From Archaeoglobi archaeon JdFR-42 (lineage in GTDB: Archaea; Halobacteriota; Archaeoglobi; Archaeoglobales; JdFR-42), in NCBI GenBank assembly GCA_002010305.1, contig MTND01000027.1, positions 50,514 to 114,513 of the forward strand: a stretch of 64,000 nucleotides of DNA, written 5' to 3'. The position numbers were made by a program, and so were the translations under genes. Shown one piece after another: positions 1 through 8,522 of this stretch; position 1 is the first letter of the stretch; the number at the start of each line of letters is the position of its first letter. The notes beneath the pieces are model-generated. The model did not search any database, was not told the origin of the DNA, and saw nothing but the letters and a program-made list of their open reading frames with translations.

Positions 1-677
1 TGATGGGCCATGAAAATTTGTTCAGGGCTATGGTAAAAGAACCTGAAGAAGTCCATTCTCTATTGAACAAAATAACTGAGTACTCTATTAAGTATCACAC
101 TGCATTTAAAGGGCTGGTTCATGCTGTAGTAGCCCTCGATCCAGTAGCTGCTGTAGATACAACATCACCAAGACAGTATAAAGAGTTTGTAAAGCCATAT
201 CTAGAGAAAGATCTAGCTGCAATAGCCAGTGCTGGGATGATACCCATAAATCACCCTTGTGGGGATACAACTGGAATCCTGCCTATGACTGCAGATGTCA
301 TCCCTGAAGGCTCTCCGGGAGCTATTCATGCGAATTATGGCAATGTTGAGACCAGACCCATGAGCCTGAAATATTTCAGAAGTGTTGTCGGGGAATCTGT
401 TCCACTCGATCCTGATGATCCATACAGTATCATGTTACTGGCTGTAAAAAAAGAAGTCGGAGATAGAGTCTGTATATGCGGCAACATAGATCCTATAACA
501 GTACTACTAGAGGGCACTCCAGATCAAGTAAAAGCAGTTGTGAGAAGAAATATAGAATATGGAGCTGAAGGAGGAGGTTTCATAGTGGTTCCTGCCTGTG
601 ATACGAACCCCCACACTCCTGCTGAGAACTTTAGGGCTCTGGTTGATGCTGCACGAGAGTATGGTTCCTATGAATAG
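1..677 (+). CDS. URO-D superfamily methylcobamide methyltransferase (MtaA/MtbA-like), C-terminal ~225 aa; 5' end outside window
   Basis: ORF 3..677 is open to the window edge. H-x-C (INHPCGD) and a distal Cys (VPACDTNP) resemble the Zn site of MtaA-type URO-D-fold methyltransferases. An MtrH-like gene follows directly. Confidence 0.6.
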   Translation, partial: MGHENLFRAMVKEPEEVHSLLNKITEYSIKYHTAFKGLVHAVVALDPVAAVDTTSPRQYKEFVKPYLEKDLAAIASAGMIPINHPCGDTTGILPMTADVIPEGSPGAIHANYGNVETRPMSLKYFRSVVGESVPLDPDDPYSIMLLAVKKEVGDRVCICGNIDPITVLLEGTPDQVKAVVRRNIEYGAEGGGFIVVPACDTNPHTPAENFRALVDAAREYGSYE

Positions 678-741
678 GTAGAATCTATGGTGGAAATAAA
701 AGTTACCTTCTGAGAAACTACAGTAACTGACTGGTGGGTGT

Positions 742-1650
742 ATGTTCAGATTCTTGAAAGAGCAGAAGATTTGGGACGTATATGGCGTGAAAGTTGGAGG
801 TCAACCCGGGATTCGACCAACAGTCATGATCGGTAGCATTTTCTATGAGGGTAGCCCTCTCGTAGAAGATGAGAAAAAAGGAAAATTCAATAAAGAAAGA
901 GCAAGAGAGCTGCTGGAAAAAGAAGAAGAGCTATCAAAATCTACAGGAAATCCTCGTATGATAGATGTTGTAGGTAGTACTTCAGAGGCTCTTGTGAGAT
1001 ATATAGATTTTGTTGCTGAGGAGACTGATTCACCTTTTCTGATCGATGGTGCTACTGTAGAGGTGAGAGTTGAGGCAACAAAACATGTTGGTGAAACAGG
1101 ACTTGCTGAACGGGCCATTTACAATTCCATCAGCCTGCATTGTAAAGAAGAGGAAGTAGAAGTCATCAAGGATGCCGGGATAGAGTCAGCTATTTTGCTC
1201 TGTTACAATCCAAAAAAACCCACGGTGGAGGGTAGATTAGAGTCATTGGATGTGATTTTGAAAATGGTTAAAGAAGCTGAGATCAAGAAACCTCTGGTTG
1301 ATCCATGTATTCTGGATTTGCCAGATCCAGGTCCAGTGGCAAAAACTGTATATCGAATTAAAAAGAGTTATGGCCTACCTACAGGTTGTGGGGCTCATAA
1401 TGCAGTGGATCAGTGGAGAAGGAGAAAAAAAATGGATTCAAGAACCTATGCTATAACTACGGCAGTGGCTAATGTTTTCCCTATCATGATGGGTGCTGAC
1501 TATGCGCTTTATGGGCCTATTGAAAAAGCTGAAGATATGTACACTGCTTGTTCTCTGGCAAACGCATATGTTGCTTATTCTATGAAAGTAGATGAAGGAA
1601 TGCCACCCGAATCGAGAGATCATCCTCTATACAGAATCTTTAAAACTTAA
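742..1650 (+). CDS. mtrH: MtrH-like pterin (H4MPT/H4F):corrinoid methyltransferase
   Basis: GVKVGGQPGIRPTVMIGSIFY, TGNPRMIDVVG and SPFLIDG match the conserved MtrH N-terminal blocks. No other mtr subunits are adjacent. Confidence 0.75.
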   Translation: MFRFLKEQKIWDVYGVKVGGQPGIRPTVMIGSIFYEGSPLVEDEKKGKFNKERARELLEKEEELSKSTGNPRMIDVVGSTSEALVRYIDFVAEETDSPFLIDGATVEVRVEATKHVGETGLAERAIYNSISLHCKEEEVEVIKDAGIESAILLCYNPKKPTVEGRLESLDVILKMVKEAEIKKPLVDPCILDLPDPGPVAKTVYRIKKSYGLPTGCGAHNAVDQWRRRKKMDSRTYAITTAVANVFPIMMGADYALYGPIEKAEDMYTACSLANAYVAYSMKVDEGMPPESRDHPLYRIFKT

Positions 1651-1654
1651 TATC

Positions 1655-1664
1655 TTTTTTATTT
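1655..1664 (+). terminator. oligo-T tract after mtrH-like stop
   Basis: A T6 run starts 5 nt after the TAA at 1648-1650, as in archaeal intrinsic termination signals. Confidence 0.35.
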
Positions 1665-1778
1665 AAAAATAGTGGTCTATAAAAAAATGAAAACAAAGTG
1701 AATTCATCATCGTTTATATTTTTTAGCTGTATTCTCTCACCTGTTATTCCTTTTTGTTCATTATCGGGAAATAACGAA

Positions 1779-2312
1779 TCATTCTTTCGAGAGTTTGATT
1801 TCCGGTGTTATCCTTTCAGTCAGACAATAATAGGCAGGGCATCTTTCTTTTGTTATTTGGAGTAATTTATCAATTTCTTCATCGTTTGCCTCAGTTTTAA
1901 CAGCTATGTTGAAAGTTATTTTATCCAGAATTGGACTATCTGATAGGCCAAAACTTCTGGACATATCCATATGAGCATCTGCAGAGATAGCCAGTTCATC
2001 CAGTGTAATCCCTTCCATAGCAGCCCATTTTGCAAAAGTAGCAGCAAAACAAGCAACAGCACCCATTATACAGTACTGAACTGGATTGGGAGCGGTTCCA
2101 CCTCCACCTAGAAAAGACGGCTCATCGGCATAAAACGTAGTCTTCCCTCCCTCAAACTGAAGTTCTGATTCAAATTGAGGCCCCGACTCACCCAGTCTCC
2201 ATCTACCTGCAATTTTCATGGTCTTTTTAGCAGATACCGAATCTTTTTCAGCCTCTTTCAGTGTATGACTAAACTTTTCCAGATCAACTCTATTTACTTT
2301 CATCTTACTCAC
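1779..2312 (-). CDS. osmC: OsmC/Ohr family peroxiredoxin-like protein (likely ATG start at 2303)
   Basis: OsmC-fold length with two conserved Cys regions (NPVQYCIMGAVAC, KERCPAYY). The track start at 2312 is GTG; an ATG lies 3 codons downstream. Confidence 0.7.
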   Translation of the reverse strand: MSKMKVNRVDLEKFSHTLKEAEKDSVSAKKTMKIAGRWRLGESGPQFESELQFEGGKTTFYADEPSFLGGGGTAPNPVQYCIMGAVACFAATFAKWAAMEGITLDELAISADAHMDMSRSFGLSDSPILDKITFNIAVKTEANDEEIDKLLQITKERCPAYYCLTERITPEIKLSKE

Positions 2313-2320
2313 TACTTTTG

Positions 2321-2328
2321 TATATTTA
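2321..2328 (-). promoter_or_regulatory. TATA-like box for osmC
   Basis: Minus strand reads TAAATATA about 20 nt upstream of the ATG at 2303, directly downstream of the palindromic repeats. Confidence 0.35.
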
Positions 2329-2338
2329 GTTATATTAT

Positions 2339-2421
2339 TTGTAAACCTCGTTTACTACTTGTCAACAAAGTTGACAATATGGCAAACTTCGTTTACTATT
2401 TGTCAGCATAGCTGACAATAT
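2339..2421. repeat. Tandem pair (41-bp period) of composite palindromic elements, subfamily I
   Basis: Unit A is 2341-2380 (GTAAAC-CTC-GTTTAC TACT TGTCAAC-AAA-GTTGACA ATAT). Unit B is 2382-2421 (GCAAAC-TTC-GTTTAC TATT TGTCAGC-ATA-GCTGACA ATAT). The units are 34/40 identical, and the P2 parts (2359-2377, 2400-2418) are perfect 8-3-8 palindromes. Confidence 0.8.
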
Positions 2422-2425
2422 CGTC

Positions 2426-2746
2426 TTATCCTATAACAACCACTTTATCCGAGACCTCTATTAGCTTCACAAGATCGTTCATAGTGGAGATTGGGCAGAG
2501 ACCTTCTTTCTGTTGTCGTATTTTAAGACATGTTCCACAAGCAAGAATTTCTCCACCAACTTCCAAGAATTTTTCCATCTCTGCCCGTACGTTAAATGTT
2601 CCTTCTTGGATGTTCTCTACCTCTACACCAGATCCTAGAAGAAATACTTTTACCTCATGTCCTGCTAATGTTGACGCAACAGCCAGTCTAAAACCATTCC
2701 ATGCTTTTTCAGGATCGTTTGTATTGATTATCAAACTTAATTTCAT
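2426..2746 (-). CDS. DsrE/DsrF-like sulfur-relay family protein
   Basis: About 106 aa with the small DsrE-like fold pattern (KLSLIINT..., FLLGSGV, ILACGTC). Its start overlaps the ArsR stop (ATGA). Confidence 0.55.
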   Translation of the reverse strand: MKLSLIINTNDPEKAWNGFRLAVASTLAGHEVKVFLLGSGVEVENIQEGTFNVRAEMEKFLEVGGEILACGTCLKIRQQKEGLCPISTMNDLVKLIEVSDKVVVIG

Positions 2747-3120
2747 CTCTTCACCTCATTTACAATTCTTTCTAATTTCCCAATGTGATCTAACAAAACC
2801 TCTCGCATTAAATCACAGGCTTTCAGAATTCTTTCATCTGAAATCCTGTATGTTACACTGCTTCCATGTCTTTTTGCCTCTAAGATTCCCTTCTCTCTCA
2901 TTACTGCAAGATGTTGCGAAACACTGGATTGAGGTAAATTCATCAGCTTGACAAGCTCGTTTACTGTCCTCTCGTTCTCTCTCAGTAGATCTATGATCTC
3001 AAGGCGCCTAGGATTTGTAAATACTTTGCATATGTTCGCATGGACTTCATAAATTTTCTGTTTTTCCATATATTTGGATATTGCGATATTTATGTATTTA
3101 AAGATTATGGTATCATGCAT
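2743..3120 (-). CDS. ArsR/SmtB family wHTH transcriptional regulator (probable start at M18, 3069)
   Basis: FTNPRRLEIIDLL...VNELVKLMNLPQSSVSQHLAVMREKGIL is the classic ArsR HTH. Confidence 0.8.
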   Translation of the reverse strand: MHDTIIFKYINIAISKYMEKQKIYEVHANICKVFTNPRRLEIIDLLRENERTVNELVKLMNLPQSSVSQHLAVMREKGILEAKRHGSSVTYRISDERILKACDLMREVLLDHIGKLERIVNEVKR

Positions 3121-3132
3121 CCCTGGAAACTC

Positions 3133-4812
3133 TCATTCGTGAGCGAAAATAGCAGTAACCTTTTCCTTGAACTGTTCAATCCTGACAAATCCAAATCTTT
3201 CAAACTGAACAACTCTATCTATTTCGTTCTTTACACTTGTTTCTACTACACCTTCTATTAGATCTCCTTCTTTATGAACTACACACGGGAGATTATCTTT
3301 TGCAGGTAACCAATGTACAATGTTCTTCCCTCTACGGACAGCATCGAGCTCATACCCAACAAATTCTGCAATGGGCGGATCTAAGGATATAATTCGAATA
3401 TTACACAGATCTTTGAGTCTGAAGATATCTCCATTTTGGAATTTCTGGATGTCAGAATAAGAAATTACAACCTCACTTTCTGTTTTTAAGATTCGCTCTC
3501 CATCCTTTTTTGGATTCAGTGGTATTCTTGCAGTTCCACCCTCGAATCCGTGTATAATAACCTTTACAGGGTCCCATACAAAAAAATATCTATTGGCCAC
3601 AGGATCTATCAGCTTCCTATTTTCTGCATACAGGTTTTTCATACTGACACTTATGTCGTTCTCTCCTACCCCAAGCTGTACAAAAAAATTCCGAATAGCC
3701 TCAGGTGTAATTCCCCTTCGTTTCAAAGCTACCAGAGTAGGAAGGCGGGGATCATCCCATCCTGTGTACTCTCCACTCTCTATTTTCCTTTTCAACACAC
3801 TGGTCGAGAATTTTCCAAATTCATGTATCTTTACCCGACCCCATAGTTTCACAAAGGGATAGTCCCATCCAAAATAATTGTAAATGTATTGCTGTCTCCT
3901 CTCAGAATCCATCAGATCTTTTCCTCTCAGAATGTGAGTTACACCGTTAATTCTGTCTTCTATAGCAGATTCAAAATCGAGGGTAGGCCAGACATTATAT
4001 TTATCTCCTACCAGAGGGTGGGGTATTTTAACTATCCTGAAGGCAACCCAATCTCGAAGGGCAGGGTCTTTATGGGCCATATCAGTTTTAACTCGTATTA
4101 CCACTTCACCCTCGTCATATTCTCCACTCAACATATTCTCCCATATTGTTAGTGTATCTTCAGTGGCACAATTTCTGTGAGAGCATGGTCTTCCAGCATC
4201 TTTAAATTTCTTAAATTTTTCCCGTGAACAAAAACATGCATAGGCCTTTCCCATTTTCATCAGCTTTTCCACATGCTCGTAATAGATCCCCATTCGCTTG
4301 GAAGCATACAAAACTCTATCTGGTTTAGCAGAAAGCCATTCGCAGTCCTTTAAATACTGCTCATAAGCCTCTAGCATAGGTCGTTTGTTTTTAGGGTCAG
4401 TGTCATCGAATCTCAGAATAAAAGTCCCATCGTAGAGGGAAACATATTCGTGGTTTATCACAATACCTCTGGCACTTCCAAGAGTAGCCGGACCATTGGG
4501 ATTGGGAGCAAACCTCATCACTACACCCTTATCTGCCATAGGAAGTGGTGGTAGTCCTCTCTCTCTCTTCTCTTTTTTCTCCTCCATCAGTTCTGGAGCA
4601 AGATTGATGAGTCTCTCTTCAATCTCCTCTCTCTTAATTGATGAGATCTCATCAATAAGTTCGTCCACCACAGATAGAATTTCTCCAATTCTGGGTTTTA
4701 ACTCTGGATTCTCTCCAAGGATTTTTCCAATAACTGCTTTTCTCTCTGGTTTACCGTATTTCAGGGCATTGTATAGTACGAATTTAAGAGCTATCTTTTT
4801 AATATCATCCAT
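3133..4812 (-). CDS. gltX: Glutamyl-tRNA synthetase, archaeal type
   Basis: 559 aa. RFAPNPNGPATLGSARG (HIGH-equivalent), FILRFDDTDP and KFSTS (KMSKS-equivalent). Confidence 0.9.
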   Translation of the reverse strand: MDDIKKIALKFVLYNALKYGKPERKAVIGKILGENPELKPRIGEILSVVDELIDEISSIKREEIEERLINLAPELMEEKKEKRERGLPPLPMADKGVVMRFAPNPNGPATLGSARGIVINHEYVSLYDGTFILRFDDTDPKNKRPMLEAYEQYLKDCEWLSAKPDRVLYASKRMGIYYEHVEKLMKMGKAYACFCSREKFKKFKDAGRPCSHRNCATEDTLTIWENMLSGEYDEGEVVIRVKTDMAHKDPALRDWVAFRIVKIPHPLVGDKYNVWPTLDFESAIEDRINGVTHILRGKDLMDSERRQQYIYNYFGWDYPFVKLWGRVKIHEFGKFSTSVLKRKIESGEYTGWDDPRLPTLVALKRRGITPEAIRNFFVQLGVGENDISVSMKNLYAENRKLIDPVANRYFFVWDPVKVIIHGFEGGTARIPLNPKKDGERILKTESEVVISYSDIQKFQNGDIFRLKDLCNIRIISLDPPIAEFVGYELDAVRRGKNIVHWLPAKDNLPCVVHKEGDLIEGVVETSVKNEIDRVVQFERFGFVRIEQFKEKVTAIFAHE

Positions 4813-5780
4813 CAGAATTCCCTCGATATTAGAAATTCTGCAAGTTCAATGAGAGTTCTTTTTGCATCAGAGTCTTCTAAGATATCCAGCTGAGAAATCC
4901 CCTTATCTACGAGCTGACGAGCCTTTTTCAAAGAGTAATCCACTGATCCGCATTCTTTCAGAATATCAACTGCATTTTGAATCTCCTCTTCTGTAGCAGA
5001 TTTTTTCCCGTAAATCTCGATATTAACTCCTCGATTCAGAGCATCGATCATTACCAGTGTTTTCTTTCCTTGGAGGATATCACTTCCCCAATCTTTCCCA
5101 AGCTTTTCTTTGCTTCCAATTAGATCCAAGACATCATCATATATTTGAAAACCCATTCCAACATATTCTCCAAATTTCCACATCTTCTCCGTTACCTTGG
5201 TACTGCAATCGTTAAGTAATGGGCCTATGGAAGATGAAGCGGCATACAATACAGCGGTTTTTTTCCTGATCATCTCCAGATAGTCCTTCTCTTTTACAAT
5301 AGGCATTTTTTCGAAGCTCATATCCATGTGCTGTCCTTCACATATTTTCACACATACATCAGCAAGCATGTGGATGGCTTGGACAACCCTTTCTGGATTG
5401 GATTTGGATTGTGTAAGAATTCTAAAAGCCTCTGCGAATAAAGTATCTCCTGCCAAGATAGCAGTGGGAACATCCCAACGGGTGTGAACCGTCTGAACTC
5501 CTCTACGGTAGAGGTCGTCGTCCATTATATCATCATGTATCAGAGTGAAATTATGGATGGTTTCAATGGCTACTGCCGCAGGGATCACAAGGTTAACATC
5601 TCCGTTTACGGCTTCAGTTGCCAGAATTGCCGTTACTGGGCGTAATCGTTTTCCCCCTGCCATTATAAGGTGTCTACTTGCTTTATAAAGTTCTTTCGGC
5701 TCTCCCATTGGAAGATATTCTTTGATAGCTTCTTCAATGATGCTGGATCTTTCTTTAATCGAGTTTTTCAGTGCTCCCAT
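4812..5780 (-). CDS. idsA: Geranylgeranyl/short-chain (E)-prenyl diphosphate synthase
   Basis: Two Asp-rich motifs, LIHDDIMDDD and FQIYDDVLD. The ATG at 5780 lies 1 nt after the idi2 stop; the track start at 5798 is an upstream extension. Confidence 0.85.
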   Translation of the reverse strand: MGALKNSIKERSSIIEEAIKEYLPMGEPKELYKASRHLIMAGGKRLRPVTAILATEAVNGDVNLVIPAAVAIETIHNFTLIHDDIMDDDLYRRGVQTVHTRWDVPTAILAGDTLFAEAFRILTQSKSNPERVVQAIHMLADVCVKICEGQHMDMSFEKMPIVKEKDYLEMIRKKTAVLYAASSSIGPLLNDCSTKVTEKMWKFGEYVGMGFQIYDDVLDLIGSKEKLGKDWGSDILQGKKTLVMIDALNRGVNIEIYGKKSATEEEIQNAVDILKECGSVDYSLKKARQLVDKGISQLDILEDSDAKRTLIELAEFLISREF

Positions 5781-5781
5781 A

Positions 5782-6867
5782 TCATCGCCCTCGCACAAAC
5801 TTTTTTATATCTACTCCTCTTTCTTCGAGAAAATCTTTCAACATTCCGCTGACTAGAAGAGACACATTTCTCAGCTGAATCAGTTCTCTACACCCGGTTA
5901 AAAACATGACTGTTTTCAATCCAAGTATAAATGTATTGAGGACCCGTTCAACTGCTTTATGATCTGTGGCTGCAGCTTTTAGAACAGGAAGTGCCACTCC
6001 CGCCATGTCTGCACCTATTGCAATTGACTTGGCCACATCTATTCCGGTTCGAATACCACCTGTTGCAATAGTCGGCAGGAACTCTGATGACTCAATGACA
6101 GTTAAAGCTGTTGGGATACCCCAATCCCAAAACTGGACTCCAAGCTCTTTCTGAATACTGTTTTCAGGAGATCTGAATACTTCCACTCCAGCCCATGATG
6201 TGCCGCCTTTTCCACCGACATCAATGGCTGAAACACCAATCTCTTGAAGTATCATAGCAGTTTCTCTGGAGATTCCAGAACCCGTCTCTTTCACGATAAC
6301 TGGTACATCAAGTATTCCAACTACTTTCTCGATGGTAGAAATACATCCTGAAGACTCTACATCCCCTTCTGGCTGTATTGCTTCTTGAAGGAAGTTTAAA
6401 TGGATGGCTACGGCATCAGCATCTATCATTCCTACTGCTTTTTCTACAAATTCTGCTCCAAATTCCCTGACCTGAGGCATTCCTACGTTGGCATATATAA
6501 AAGCATCTGGAGCATGCTCTCTCACAACAGTAAAACTCTCCTTCTGGGATGAATCTTCTATGGCAGCTCTTTGGGAACCAACTCCCATGCCAAGTCCAAG
6601 GTTCTGGATTGCAAGGGCTATGTTTCTATTTATTCTGGTTGTTTCCGGATGACCTCCTGTCATTGAGGCTACCATTATCGGAGCAGAGAATTTATGTCCA
6701 AGAAATTCTGATTCCATCTTGATGGCATCAAGATCTACTTCTGGTAAGGCATTATGAATAAATTGAATATCTTCGAATCCCGTGTAACTGGACTCCACAT
6801 TTTTTTCAAGACAAATTCTTATGTGGTCGAGTTTTCTGTTTGACGTTAGTCCGGCCTTCTTCTTCAT
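5782..6867 (-). CDS. fni: Isopentenyl-diphosphate delta-isomerase type 2 (FMN-dependent)
   Basis: TIM-barrel IDI-2 blocks: APIMVASMTGG, GVGSQRAA, VIVKETGSGIS, IDVGGKGGTSWA. Confidence 0.9.
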   Translation of the reverse strand: MKKKAGLTSNRKLDHIRICLEKNVESSYTGFEDIQFIHNALPEVDLDAIKMESEFLGHKFSAPIMVASMTGGHPETTRINRNIALAIQNLGLGMGVGSQRAAIEDSSQKESFTVVREHAPDAFIYANVGMPQVREFGAEFVEKAVGMIDADAVAIHLNFLQEAIQPEGDVESSGCISTIEKVVGILDVPVIVKETGSGISRETAMILQEIGVSAIDVGGKGGTSWAGVEVFRSPENSIQKELGVQFWDWGIPTALTVIESSEFLPTIATGGIRTGIDVAKSIAIGADMAGVALPVLKAAATDHKAVERVLNTFILGLKTVMFLTGCRELIQLRNVSLLVSGMLKDFLEERGVDIKKFVRGR

Positions 6868-6868
6868 T

Positions 6869-7636
6869 TCAATCCCTTTCTCCTGTTATAACCGTGCCAA
6901 CGTTCTCACCAGTCATAAATCTTTTTATGTTCCCTTTTTTGAGTCCATTGAATATGTTGATCTCTACTCCATATCGGGTTAGATGGAACAGGGATGATAG
7001 CTTGTTTCGCATACCACCTGTGACATCATTGTCACTTCCTCTAACATATTTTATGACATCATCATAATTTTTTGGAGTTATTCTTTCTATAAAATTGCCT
7101 GAGTCATCAAATATGCCATCAACGGAAGTAGCCATCCCGATGCGGGAAATCATGAGTTGTTTACCAAGAAATCTCGCGATTTCATCACCTGAAAGAGGAA
7201 TGTATTGATTAGACATATCATAAACCATGTCTCCATGTAGTACTGGAATAAATCCCCTTTGTAATGCCACGATGAGAAGAGTCATATCGAAAATGTGTAT
7301 CTTTCCATCTCGAGTAATAACACTTGTGAAAGGGTGTATCGGGAGTGCATATAAGTTATTCTTCCTCATCTCTTCCATAACAAACCAGTTCAATTTTCTA
7401 CATGCTATATGAGTCTCTAGAATTTTATCTCTGCTCTGAGTTTCGACAACCCGATATTTCTTTACATGAGCATGGCCAAAAGAGCCGACACCATGAATTA
7501 AAATAAAATTTTTGAAGTCCTTCAGCTCTCCTATGGTTCTCTCGAGAGATTCTTTATTAAGCGATTCAAATCCTGATTTATCAGTTAAGATACTGCCACC
7601 AATTTTTAAAATAGTATCGAGTCCAGAGTTATCCAT
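6869..7636 (-). CDS. Isopentenyl phosphate kinase (amino-acid kinase fold)
   Basis: ILKIGGSILTDK, HGVGSFGH and DVTGGM motifs. Located between idi2 and mvk. Confidence 0.8.
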   Translation of the reverse strand: MDNSGLDTILKIGGSILTDKSGFESLNKESLERTIGELKDFKNFILIHGVGSFGHAHVKKYRVVETQSRDKILETHIACRKLNWFVMEEMRKNNLYALPIHPFTSVITRDGKIHIFDMTLLIVALQRGFIPVLHGDMVYDMSNQYIPLSGDEIARFLGKQLMISRIGMATSVDGIFDDSGNFIERITPKNYDDVIKYVRGSDNDVTGGMRNKLSSLFHLTRYGVEINIFNGLKKGNIKRFMTGENVGTVITGERD

Positions 7637-8519
7637 GGATTTTCAACCCCTCATTTTCAAGAGAGACTAAGAAAGTATCTGGATACAGAGATTTCAGCAT
7701 TTTATAATCTTCTTTACTCCCGAGAGTAATAACAGAGCCCCCTCCACCAGCTCCTGTAAGTTTACCCCGTTTACCATGACGTTCTACATCTGTGATGATA
7801 GCATCTATGGATTCTGAGCTGACGCCTATCGATTTCAGCAAACCCTGATTCATCCCAAATAGGAAGTTAATTTCGTCAAGATCTCCAGTTTTAATGGCTT
7901 GAATTCCTCGTAGGGATATCTGATCAATGGCATCAAATATCGGTTCTATGATATCCGGAAATCTATTTCTTAATTCAGCCACTTTTTCTACCATTTTTTT
8001 TGTGTTTGATTCTTGACCTGTGTAGATTATAATGATATTCAGTCCTTTTATGTCAATTTTTTCACGTTCAGGGATCTGATACGCTCCACCAAAAGTTGAA
8101 ACAAACGGATCCGTTCCACTGGCAATGCCCTGAACTCTCTTTTCCACTTTTCTTGCCAGTTCATAAATCTCATCTCTTCCAAGCCCTATATTGAATTCTT
8201 CATTTGTAGCTCCAATAACTGCAACTGTCACAGCAGCAGAGCTTCCAAGACCAGAAGAAACAGGAATTTCTGAGGTAATGTGAAAACGACACCCTTTGAT
8301 GGGGTGTATCTCCTGAATCAGGTGTATAGCTTCGGTCACGTATGGGTGAGTTATTGCATCGAGTCCAGTGGTTCCTATAGGTGACTCAATAACGAAATCA
8401 GGATGTCTTTCAATTTTCACGAAAGTTCGAAGGTTAATTGCACTTACCACGGCGTGTCTCCCATATACAACAGCATGCTCTCCAAACAAGAAAACTTTTC
8501 CCGGGGCAGAGCAAATCAA
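7629..8519 (-). CDS. mvk: Mevalonate kinase (GHMP kinase)
   Basis: APGKVFLFGEHAVVYG and the GHMP motif PVSSGLGSSAA. Confidence 0.9.
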   Translation of the reverse strand: MICSAPGKVFLFGEHAVVYGRHAVVSAINLRTFVKIERHPDFVIESPIGTTGLDAITHPYVTEAIHLIQEIHPIKGCRFHITSEIPVSSGLGSSAAVTVAVIGATNEEFNIGLGRDEIYELARKVEKRVQGIASGTDPFVSTFGGAYQIPEREKIDIKGLNIIIIYTGQESNTKKMVEKVAELRNRFPDIIEPIFDAIDQISLRGIQAIKTGDLDEINFLFGMNQGLLKSIGVSSESIDAIITDVERHGKRGKLTGAGGGGSVITLGSKEDYKMLKSLYPDTFLVSLENEGLKIHG

Positions 8520-8522
8520 GGC

